Part shown: positions 50,755 through 59,400 of the stretch, piece by piece
Position numbering within the stretch: position 1 is the first letter of the stretch
Layout: every line of letters begins with the position of its first letter
IMG/VR virus record: IMGVR_UViG_3300045141_000191
Location: 1-59,673 of that record
Reading direction: 5' to 3' (one strand)
Source: a virus
Lineage: Duplodnaviria; Caudoviricetes
DNA: 59,673 nucleotides
Position numbers and translations under genes: made by a program
The notes under the pieces: model-generated
Told to the model about the DNA's origin: nothing
Databases searched by the model: none
What the model saw: the letters and a program-made list of their open reading frames with translations, nothing else

Positions 50755-52686
50755 CTAGAGGACCGTGAGCGGGATCGTCGCCGTCTGGAAGAGGAACGCG
50801 GCAGAGGTCTTGGACGGCGTGGCGGCCCCGACGACCTCGACCGTATACATGTCCGAGACCGCGATGCCGTCCGAGCCGTTGAGGCCCCTCTTGTCGTCGT
50901 CGAGGCCGCGGACCATCGGGTAGCCCGCCGAGACGACCGTCGCGAACGCGCGCGGCGCCACGACCTTGCCCCTCGAGGTGACGGCGAGGATGACGTCCTG
51001 CGCCCACGGCGTGTCGGGCGTGAGGCCGCCGGGCTTCGTGGAGATGCGGCAGGTCGGGACGATCAGCGGCCCGAGGATCGCGACGAGCATCTCGATCGGG
51101 ACCATCGCCTCGGGCTGGTCGATGTGCGACATCCCGGCCGCCTGCGCGGCCTTCAGGAAGTCCGGGTGGAAGCGGAGGGACTCGACGACATCGGGCGGCA
51201 TGAGCGAGAGATCCGGGAACGCGCCGACGGCGCGCCAGATCGTGACGCGCGCGCCCTGCCAGTCCTGGATGGGCGTCCCGGTGGGGAGGTGCCACTGGCG
51301 CGTGGTCGTGAGCGACTTGACGAAGCCGGTGTTGTAGTTCGCGGCGTTCCGGAGGGTCGCGGCCTGCACCAGTTCCTTCTTGTTCTTCTCGATCGTGAGC
51401 GCCTGTTCGGTGACGGTCGCCATCACGCCCATCGGGAGGACGGCGTCGCCCGCGCTCTGGTCGCGGCGGTCCGCCCAGACGCGGTTGCCGTAGCCGTGGA
51501 GCGTGACCTTCTTGAAGTCCGCGCCCCAGACCGACTCGTCGATGTCCTGCGCGTTGCGGCCGACGGGCTCCGGGAGGCCGCTGGCGTTGACCGAGACCTG
51601 GAGCTTCTCGGTGCCGTACACCGGGTAGCTGGCCTCCTCGTTGGCCCCGCCCGTGACCTCGACGGCGATCTCCGAGCCGCCGAACTCGCCCTGGAAGTAG
51701 CCGAACCCGAACCCGGCGACCTGGAACTTGGTCGGGGGCTGGAAGTTCGACGCCTCGCCCGCGAGGCTCATGCGCTCGAGGGCGGCCCGCTGGAGTTCGG
51801 CGGGGATCACGCTCGTCGGGATGCGGCCGGCGTTGAGCTGCTGGCCGATCTTCTTGAGCATGTCCGCGTCGAGCTCCTGCGACGTGAGGTAGCCCTTCCG
51901 GAGTCCGGTGGGCCACTTGATGCCGCGCTCGCCGGTCTTTTTCTCTTTGCCCCAGTCGGGGTTGCACTTGAGGACCATCCGGTGGAAGGCGCCCTCGTCG
52001 CGCGCGTCCGAGCGGACGTCGACGAGCGCGAGCTCGAAGGGCTTGCCCGTGTGGAGGTGCCACCCCGCGGCCCGCGAGAGGATCGCCCCGGCCTCGGGGA
52101 GCGGGAGGGCGTCGACCGAGAGCGAGGGGTCGATCCCGGCGCTCTCGATGCGGCCATCCGGCACGATGGCGCCCGCCCGGCGGCTCGAGAGGATCTCGCG
52201 CGCCTTGTCGGCGTTCGTGCCGTACATGGTGCGGAAGAACTCGCGGTCGGCGGCCACGAGTTTGCCGGCCTTCTCGAACGTCTCGAGCTCCGCGTCGATC
52301 TTCGCGGCGGCGTCCTGGGCCTTGAGGTCGGCCCGGACGAGCGTCATCGCGCTCTTGGCCGCCTCGGCAGCGATCGAGGGAATGGCGCCCTTGATCGCCT
52401 TCGCGGTCGCCTTCGCGGCGGCCTTCTCGGTCGCCTCATCCGCCCCGCCGTCCTTCGCGTCCTCGGCGTCGTCGGCCTTGCCCGCGTCCGCCGCGGCCTT
52501 CTGCGAGCAGTCGGGGCAGTCGGAGTTCGACTTGCCGTCGTGCTCGCCCGCGTCGTGCGCCTTCTTGAGGAACTGCGGCGGGATCGCGTCGAGCTTCTGC
52601 GTCTTGAGAGCCTGCACGGCGGCCCTCACCTGATCGGGGGTGGCGCTTTCGTCGAGGCCGAGCGCCGCGAGAGTTTCACGGTCCAT
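50755..52686 (-). CDS. Probable internal in-frame start giving a scaffold-capsid protein (643 aa)
   Basis: AAAGGAG-N6-ATG (MDRETLAALGL) directly after the protease domain. Confidence 0.65.
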   Translation of the reverse strand: MDRETLAALGLDESATPDQVRAAVQALKTQKLDAIPPQFLKKAHDAGEHDGKSNSDCPDCSQKAAADAGKADDAEDAKDGGADEATEKAAAKATAKAIKGAIPSIAAEAAKSAMTLVRADLKAQDAAAKIDAELETFEKAGKLVAADREFFRTMYGTNADKAREILSSRRAGAIVPDGRIESAGIDPSLSVDALPLPEAGAILSRAAGWHLHTGKPFELALVDVRSDARDEGAFHRMVLKCNPDWGKEKKTGERGIKWPTGLRKGYLTSQELDADMLKKIGQQLNAGRIPTSVIPAELQRAALERMSLAGEASNFQPPTKFQVAGFGFGYFQGEFGGSEIAVEVTGGANEEASYPVYGTEKLQVSVNASGLPEPVGRNAQDIDESVWGADFKKVTLHGYGNRVWADRRDQSAGDAVLPMGVMATVTEQALTIEKNKKELVQAATLRNAANYNTGFVKSLTTTRQWHLPTGTPIQDWQGARVTIWRAVGAFPDLSLMPPDVVESLRFHPDFLKAAQAAGMSHIDQPEAMVPIEMLVAILGPLIVPTCRISTKPGGLTPDTPWAQDVILAVTSRGKVVAPRAFATVVSAGYPMVRGLDDDKRGLNGSDGIAVSDMYTVEVVGAATPSKTSAAFLFQTATIPLTVL

Positions 52687-55122
52687 GTTGGACTCCTTTC
52701 GAGATGTCGGCCTCGCGGCCGCTGCCTGAGCTGAGAGCGATGCGGGCGGAAGGTTCGAGAGCGCGGGGACCGGGACGAGCGACGCCGCCCGCCAGTAGAG
52801 CGGCATGTAGTGGGTCGTCTTGGCTCCGGCCGGGAGCGGCTTGAGCGTGTCGGAGTCGAGCGGCTGGCAGTACGCGTCCGGGCTCACGAATCCGCGCTCG
52901 CCCGTCTGGAGGTCAGCCGCGGCCGCCTTCGTCCAGTAGATGCCGTCGGCGTAGATGAACTTCGCGTCGGCCGAGAAGTGCGTCATGTAGCCGGCGTTCT
53001 TGCTCGCCAGCATCGGGTCGACCTCCGGGTCCTCGTGCACGTAGGTGAACGGGACGGGGGCGATGCCCTCGTTCCCGTCGGCGAGGAGCGAGGCGACGGC
53101 CTGACGGTTCACGACGAAGACGCGGCCGTCGCGCGCCTCGGAGGTTCCGATCGGCCAGAGCTTCACCGGCGAGCCGCGGATGAGGCCCTTGCCGCGGAGG
53201 GCCGGCGGCAGCTCGGCGTCCGTGGCGGGGCCGACGATCTTGAGGTCGGTGAGGACGGCGGCGGCCATCGACTGGCCGACGAGTCCGGAGCGTGCGGCGG
53301 CCTTGAGCGACTTGGGCGGCCAGTGCGCGAGTACCTGACCCGTGAGGAGATGGGCGCGCTGGGAGCTCTCTTGCGCGTACTTCGTCGCGGCTGCTCCCGG
53401 CCTCGCCACCGGCTGATTTCCGGGGAACTTCCCGGCCGCGATGAGATGGGTATTCAGCGCCGTGGCATGGGCGTTGATAGCTTCCGTGAGCGGCTGACTG
53501 TTGCTAGCCCCGCCAGGTCGCCCGCGCCACTTCGCATCCTGGACGCCGATCTCATCGAGTTTCTTCATCGCCGCACGGTGATACTCGGCGGCAGCCGCAT
53601 GTTCGCCCGAGGAGCTGGCCTTTTCGGCAGCCTTACCCTCGCTGCCACCGCCGGCCGCCCAGCGGCCGTGCTCGTCGCGTTCCTGATCCTCCGAGTAGAG
53701 CGCCTCGGCTCCGTCGCGTCCGGCGGCGAGGAAGTAGTGCGCCGGCAGCTTCGTCTTGCGACCGGCGAGTTCGTCATTCGTGGCCCGGTGTGCCAGCCGC
53801 GACGCCTTGCGCGCATCGTCGGACTTCTTCCCGAACATGTCCTTGCCTTCGGCTTTCGCCCTCGCGGCGAGATCGTGCTCCCCCGCAGCGACGGCGTGCG
53901 CGGTCGCTGCGTTCTTGTACCCGAGCTTGTCGAGTTCCCTCGCGGCCGTGTCGTGGTACTGCATCGCGTGGTTGTGCTCGACCGCGAGCTTCGCCTTCTC
54001 GGCGATGGCCGCGTCATGCGGGCGCGCGTAGTAGATATCCTTCGCCGTGCCGATGAACGGCTTGCCGACGTGGACATCGACCGACCCGACCGTCGGCGCC
54101 TTCCCGCTCGCCCCGCCACCGTCGCCGCCGCGTCCGTGGTCGTCGTAGCCGGTCGAGTCGGGCCAGAGCTTCTGCTGGTCGAGCGCGAGCTCTGCCTCGG
54201 CGCGCGCGATGAGGGCCTGGCGGTCAGCCTCCTCAGGACTCGCGGCCGCCTTCGCCCCTGGCCAGCCCGTCGGCCAGCCCCGATGGGGCGTCTGACTCGG
54301 ATGCGTCTCCGCGTGGTCCGTTCGCCACTTCGCCCACGGCGTGTTCCCCGCGTTCGCCTCGCGCGAGGTGCTATGCGCGCCCCTCGACGCCCCCTCGGCG
54401 ATCTTCTGGTTCGTCCAGTTGTCGGGGTTCGTCTTTGCCTCGTTGTGCCAGTGCGCGGCCCAGGCGTGCGAGTTCGCCGCCTCCGTGTGCTCGATCGTCC
54501 GCTCAGGCGTGTTGCCCGGCTTGCCGGCTTCGCCCAGGTGGAACGCCGCTGCGGCCTTGTGGTAGTTCGCGGCCGTCGCGTGGCCGGAGGGCGACGCGGT
54601 CCTTTCGGCGTGGCGACCGGCAGCGGTTCCGCCAGCCGTCCAGCGGCCACCCTCGTCGCGCTCCTGGTCGGGCGCGTAGAGGGCCTCGGCTCCGTCACGG
54701 TCGGCCTTCGCCTTCGCCGCCTCGTCCTCGTCCGCCGCCTCGCGCACCGTCCCGTCCGGGCCGGTCGTGCTCGAGGCGTCCGCCAGCGGCACGTTGTCCG
54801 GGTCCGGCGGCATCAGCGAGTCGTCGCCCTCGGGCCGTCCGTCGGCGAACACGCGCCCGATGACGCGGTCGTCCTCGGTGAGCCCGACGCCGTCCGGGAG
54901 TGGGACGGAGGCGACCGGAGGGACCGGCGGTGTGGCCACGGGCGGGTCGACCGGAGGGACGATCGGTGGGGCTGGCGCGGCTCCGATGTCCAGGGTGTCC
55001 GCGGTAGGTGGTTGGAACGAGGAGGCTTCCCCGCCGCCGTCGGCTGCTTTCTGGCGTGCGAGTTCCGCATTCGCCAGCGCTTTTGCAGTCGCGGCGAGGG
55101 CGTCGCGTACCGCGTCGTTCAT
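50755..55122 (-). CDS. Head polyprotein: three tagged His-rich modules, Mu gpI-like prohead protease, scaffold and major capsid protein
   Basis: Protease at ~52740-53170 (WPIGT..RDGR, TYVH, AGY, WTKAA, GFVSP, SLVPVPAL); scaffold ALGLDESAT; the last ~330 aa are capsid-like and precede the cement genes; no internal stop. Confidence 0.8.
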   Translation of the reverse strand: MNDAVRDALAATAKALANAELARQKAADGGGEASSFQPPTADTLDIGAAPAPPIVPPVDPPVATPPVPPVASVPLPDGVGLTEDDRVIGRVFADGRPEGDDSLMPPDPDNVPLADASSTTGPDGTVREAADEDEAAKAKADRDGAEALYAPDQERDEGGRWTAGGTAAGRHAERTASPSGHATAANYHKAAAAFHLGEAGKPGNTPERTIEHTEAANSHAWAAHWHNEAKTNPDNWTNQKIAEGASRGAHSTSREANAGNTPWAKWRTDHAETHPSQTPHRGWPTGWPGAKAAASPEEADRQALIARAEAELALDQQKLWPDSTGYDDHGRGGDGGGASGKAPTVGSVDVHVGKPFIGTAKDIYYARPHDAAIAEKAKLAVEHNHAMQYHDTAARELDKLGYKNAATAHAVAAGEHDLAARAKAEGKDMFGKKSDDARKASRLAHRATNDELAGRKTKLPAHYFLAAGRDGAEALYSEDQERDEHGRWAAGGGSEGKAAEKASSSGEHAAAAEYHRAAMKKLDEIGVQDAKWRGRPGGASNSQPLTEAINAHATALNTHLIAAGKFPGNQPVARPGAAATKYAQESSQRAHLLTGQVLAHWPPKSLKAAARSGLVGQSMAAAVLTDLKIVGPATDAELPPALRGKGLIRGSPVKLWPIGTSEARDGRVFVVNRQAVASLLADGNEGIAPVPFTYVHEDPEVDPMLASKNAGYMTHFSADAKFIYADGIYWTKAAAADLQTGERGFVSPDAYCQPLDSDTLKPLPAGAKTTHYMPLYWRAASLVPVPALSNLPPASLSAQAAAARPTSRKESNMDRETLAALGLDESATPDQVRAAVQALKTQKLDAIPPQFLKKAHDAGEHDGKSNSDCPDCSQKAAADAGKADDAEDAKDGGADEATEKAAAKATAKAIKGAIPSIAAEAAKSAMTLVRADLKAQDAAAKIDAELETFEKAGKLVAADREFFRTMYGTNADKAREILSSRRAGAIVPDGRIESAGIDPSLSVDALPLPEAGAILSRAAGWHLHTGKPFELALVDVRSDARDEGAFHRMVLKCNPDWGKEKKTGERGIKWPTGLRKGYLTSQELDADMLKKIGQQLNAGRIPTSVIPAELQRAALERMSLAGEASNFQPPTKFQVAGFGFGYFQGEFGGSEIAVEVTGGANEEASYPVYGTEKLQVSVNASGLPEPVGRNAQDIDESVWGADFKKVTLHGYGNRVWADRRDQSAGDAVLPMGVMATVTEQALTIEKNKKELVQAATLRNAANYNTGFVKSLTTTRQWHLPTGTPIQDWQGARVTIWRAVGAFPDLSLMPPDVVESLRFHPDFLKAAQAAGMSHIDQPEAMVPIEMLVAILGPLIVPTCRISTKPGGLTPDTPWAQDVILAVTSRGKVVAPRAFATVVSAGYPMVRGLDDDKRGLNGSDGIAVSDMYTVEVVGAATPSKTSAAFLFQTATIPLTVL

Positions 55123-55200
55123 CGCTTGCCTCCGTGTCGGTTCAAGAGTGAGGGCATTTCCTAAGAAAATGCGAGTGCGTTTTTTCCGCTTGCGTAAGTT

Positions 55201-55419
55201 TCAGCGCACGACGACGGGGCCGCCGGAGATCAGCCCGAACGCCCACAGGATGAGCAGCAAGATCAGGATGAACCCGAGCACGGCCCACATCGGCTGCGGG
55301 ATCGTGAAGTTCAGCAGCCCGGCGAGCCACTTCAGGCCGAGGAGCAGGAACACGATGATGGCGACGCCGATGAGGAACCAGATCACGCTGGTGAGTGAGA
55401 TCGCGAGCGCTGGGATCAT
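55201..55419 (-). CDS. Small two-TM membrane protein (holin candidate)
   Basis: 72 aa, almost entirely hydrophobic; AAAGGAGG SD. Confidence 0.6.
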   Translation of the reverse strand: MIPALAISLTSVIWFLIGVAIIVFLLLGLKWLAGLLNFTIPQPMWAVLGFILILLLILWAFGLISGGPVVVR

Positions 55420-56426
55420 GGGGGGCCTCCTTTCGGGGGGGTTGCCTCGAGCGTCTGACGGTCGGAGTCGGGCACGTAGGTGATCCAGACGAGCGCGCTC
55501 GCCTTCTTCCTCGTGCCCTTTGCGGGAACGTCGGCGTAGGTGCGGATCTCATGCAGGAAGTCATCGCTCCCGGTCGTGATGAGCGCGCCCTTCGGAATGT
55601 TCGCGGACGGCACGCGCAGGATCCGGATGTTCTTGGGGTCGATCTTCGCGAGCGCCTCGCGCTGGCCGGCGAGGACGGGGTTCTTGAGGAGCCCGACATC
55701 ACGGCCCGCACTCTGCCTGCCCCAGAGGTACGCGTTGAACGCGTCGTGCGCGAGGCTCCGGAGCGTCTTGTCGCGCTGCTCGGGCGTTTTCGGGAGGCCG
55801 GTGTCGTAGTCGGGCCGGTCGAGGGTAAAGAGGTTCCCGTTCCACTGCCTCATCGCCTGCTCGACGGCGCCGTTGAGCGTGCCCGGCGGAACGTGCGCCT
55901 CTTTCTCGTCCTCAGCGGCCCACTTGGCGAACATCCCGGCGTCGATGCCCTCGCCGCGGGCGATCTGAACGCCGCGCGTGAGGTCGCGCTGGATGACGCG
56001 CGCGTCTACCGGGGAGAGCGTGAACGAGACGCCCTCCGCTTGCCCGCCGCCGAGGCCGCCCGCTTGGTTGAGCTGGCCCAGGAGCACGCCAGAGGACTCG
56101 ACCGCCGGCGCGTTCGTCGTGACGTGGTAGAGGTACTGCGGGAGCGTGGCGGGGTCGACCACCTTGCCGGTGAGGAGCCGCCCGGTCTGTTCGCCCTTCT
56201 CATCGACCCAGCCGAACTTCGTCTCGCCCCATGAGGTGAACGGCTGGATCTGCTCGGGCCGGTTGAAGACGCGCGGATTCGTGGCGTAGGTCGAGGCGCC
56301 GCCGCCGTCGGTCCACTTCCCCGCCTCGTCGCGCGGCTGGTCCTCCGAGTAGAGCTGCTGCTGCGACGTATCTACGACCTCGAACGGATTGGACACGAAA
56401 TCGAGGAGCTTCTCCGGATGAATCAC
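55416..56426 (-). CDS. Tagged stand-alone ADP-ribosyltransferase-fold protein
   Basis: Tag LYSEDQPRDEAGKW, then YLYHVTT...GVSFT...ILRV...LHEIR (H..S..E ART pattern). Confidence 0.6.
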   Translation of the reverse strand: MIHPEKLLDFVSNPFEVVDTSQQQLYSEDQPRDEAGKWTDGGGASTYATNPRVFNRPEQIQPFTSWGETKFGWVDEKGEQTGRLLTGKVVDPATLPQYLYHVTTNAPAVESSGVLLGQLNQAGGLGGGQAEGVSFTLSPVDARVIQRDLTRGVQIARGEGIDAGMFAKWAAEDEKEAHVPPGTLNGAVEQAMRQWNGNLFTLDRPDYDTGLPKTPEQRDKTLRSLAHDAFNAYLWGRQSAGRDVGLLKNPVLAGQREALAKIDPKNIRILRVPSANIPKGALITTGSDDFLHEIRTYADVPAKGTRKKASALVWITYVPDSDRQTLEATPPKGGPP

Positions 56427-59400
56427 GGCTTTTCCTCAATCTGAACGTGCCACCGACCGCTGCTGTCCTGACGTGAGCTGCGAATCTTGAACGAGGTGCC
56501 GGGCCGATAGGTGATCTCCTTCTGGCCCCATCCGGCCTGGGTCTCTACGAACGGAACGCCGTTGCGCCCAGCGATTTCGTAGACCACCTCCGTGTCCCCT
56601 TTGACTGGCGTGTCCGGGTTGTTCTTCTGTTGTTCCCGCAGCTGCACAAGCCAGCGGTCGGTGAACTGTTCGTCTCTCGTCGTCGACATAAACGCTGGCG
56701 AGCGTAATTCTCCAGACGCGAGCTGCCGAGCGAGATCCGCGGCCGGCATGACGACTCCACGATATGTGGTCCCAGGCTCGGCTGCAGTGTGGTCCATGAA
56801 ATCCAGAATTGCCGCGGTCTTGTCACGCAGCACGCCCTCCGCACCTTGCGGTACAGAATCTGCGCCGCGGAGAAGTTCGTTCATTCTGAACGCGCCGTAT
56901 GCGGTGTACCGGTCCACCTCCTCGAGCGCGAATTTAGCCCTCGCCGGAGGTAGGCCAGCTGCCTCGAGGCGGGCGCGAACGTCGGCCTTGAATTCGTTTC
57001 GGTCCGGCTCGTAGCCTGGGGAGACACGAGAGATTGCGAGGGACCGCGTCCCCGCGCTGGTCGGGCCGCCTCCCGCCGCGTCCGCGAACTTGCCCGCATC
57101 GTCTCGAGGGTGCAGCGACTCGTCCCACTCGGCCTCGAGCTTCTGCGCGCCGCCCTTGTACCAGCGCGGCAGCGGGAGCCCTGCCTTCGACGCGACGTCC
57201 AGAACGTGCCCGAACGCCTTCGCGTACCGGCCGCCCTCCTCCTCCCACGGCTGCGTCTTCGAGTGGTAGAGCTCCGCGTAGATGTCCGCCAGCATCTCCT
57301 CCGGGCGCGAGGACATGCCGGCGAAGTTGTCGTAGTTCCACGGGTTGTCGGGGTTCGTGCGGAAGGGCCGTAGCGGCTCCACCCACCCCTGCGTGCTGGC
57401 GGACCGCTGCGCGACCTCGTGGCCGAACTCATGCGCCAGCGTGACGGCGCGCCCGAACTCGCTCTGGTCGAAGAAGTCGGGAAAGACGTGGACCTGGCCC
57501 TCGCCCTGATACTGGGCGAGAACCATCGGGCCGACCTTCGTGGGATCGCCCATCGAGACGTTCGGAACCTTGCCCGCCGCAACGTCTGCGGCGGTGGCCG
57601 TCTTGATGCCTTCGATCGCTGACGAGACGCCGCCGCCTGTCCAGCGGCCGCCCTCATCCCTGGGCTGGTCCTCCGCGTAGAGCTTCTGCGTCGTCGCCGG
57701 GTGCTCCACCACGACGACCGCCGGGAACGACTTCGCCCCGATCTTCTGCAGCGCGGCCGCCCGGTGCGCGCCCTCGAGGATGTACGGCCCCTTCTCGTCG
57801 TGGGCGACGATGAGCGGGGCGATCTGTCCGCTCGCCTTGATCGCCTCGGCCAGACGATCGACCCGCTCGTGGTCGCTCGCCGCGTAGAACATGTCGTGCG
57901 GCTTGAGCGACTCGAACGCGGCGACCGGAACCTCCCGCACGCCGGGGAGGACCGTATGCTCGCCAGCCGAGAAGCTGGCGCCGATCGACTCCAGGTTCGG
58001 CGTGTACTCGAGGACCTCGCGCCCGTCCACGACGCCGCCGGCCTTCGGGTAGCGTTCGTCGGCCCTGGCCACGACGCCGCCGGCGCTCCAGCGGCCCAGT
58101 TCGTCGCGGGACTCCGACTCGTCGTAGAGGCGCTGCCGCTCCGCCGCCAGCTTCGAGCCGGAGCCCGCCACGGGGTGCCACGTGCCGCCGACGCTGAGGT
58201 ACTCGAGCCGGGAGGTCGGGACGGCCTTGCGCGTGTAGAAGTCGCCCGTCCCCTCCGCCCGGAACTCGTGCGAATCGCGCCGCACGCGCAGGAGCGCCGA
58301 CTTCCCTTCCGCCGGCGCGAACGACTGCGCGGCGTGCGGTGACTGGGCGAAGTACGCCCGGCGCTCGACACCGCGGTCGGGCCACGCGTTCTGGTCCGGC
58401 GTCCCGTGACTCGGCCCGAAGAGCTTCAGCTTCCCCTCGTCCTGGATGTCCGCGAGGTTCTCGCGGTTCGTCGCGTGGTAGAGGTAGTCCGGGTGCGCGG
58501 TGGCGGTCGGCCAGCTATCTGCCGGCAGCACTCCGCCGGCCCCGCCACCGCCGCCCGATTCGGTGAACTCTCCGCCCTCGTCGCGCGGGTGCAGGTCTGG
58601 ATCCCACTCTCCGAGCGCCTCGGGCACGAGCGCGAGCTTCGCCCCGACCGGCTGGTTCAGGAAGTCCCCGACGCCGCCCAGCGCGTCATCCAGGGGCGTG
58701 ACCGGCGTGAACGTCCGCTGGCAGTAGGGATGCTCCTTCGGGTTGTCGAGCGCCTGCTCGATCGTCCACCGCTGGCCGTTCGCCTCGATGCAGGGCTCGT
58801 CCCAGAGCTCGCCGTCCGACACGTCGACCTCCTCGACGCCGGCGTCCTGCCAGGCGAGGAGCTGAACGGTCGTGCCCATCTCGTCCGTCTCGGTATCGGC
58901 CACGACGTCCGGCCGGTAGGAGGCGAAGGCGTAGAGGCCCATGAGGCGGGCGAAGAGCGACGCCCAGGAGGGCGAGGTGTCGACCTCGTCTGCGGTCGCG
59001 CCGTCCGGAACGGCGACTGGCCGCGCCTGAGCCGCCAGGGCGTCGTCCACCACCTGGTTGACCTGTTTTTCGGTCGTGACCGTGATCGCCTTCTCGGCTG
59101 TCGGGTCCACGACGAACGAGCCGTCGGCTGCGACCGTGAGGCCCATGAGTTCGGCGGCCCTCTCGCGGCCAACGCGCACGGCGATCTCCTCGACGGTCGA
59201 GGCGTCGATCCCCAGGGCGAGGCGCTCGGCAGCGCTCATGGCCTCGTTGCGGGCGGCCATCGCGAGGAGCGTCGCCAGAATCGCGGCGACCCGCTTGGCC
59301 TCCTCGTGGTCGGTGTGGAACTGGCCGTCGCCGGGGTCTGGGGTACCGTCGCCGTCGCCCTGGGCCTCGCGTTCGGCGCGAGTACGACGCCAGCCCGAGT

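Noticed and set aside
57700-58000. ParB-like domain as a partition protein
   Set aside because: Only the ParB/Srx catalytic core is present, embedded in a polyprotein, with no HTH and no parA; treated as an effector domain.
53659-58620. Tag-coding DNA repeats as a CRISPR array or DGR template/variable repeats
   Set aside because: Spacing is 400-1600 nt and irregular, variation is at the codon level, and no cas or reverse transcriptase gene is present.
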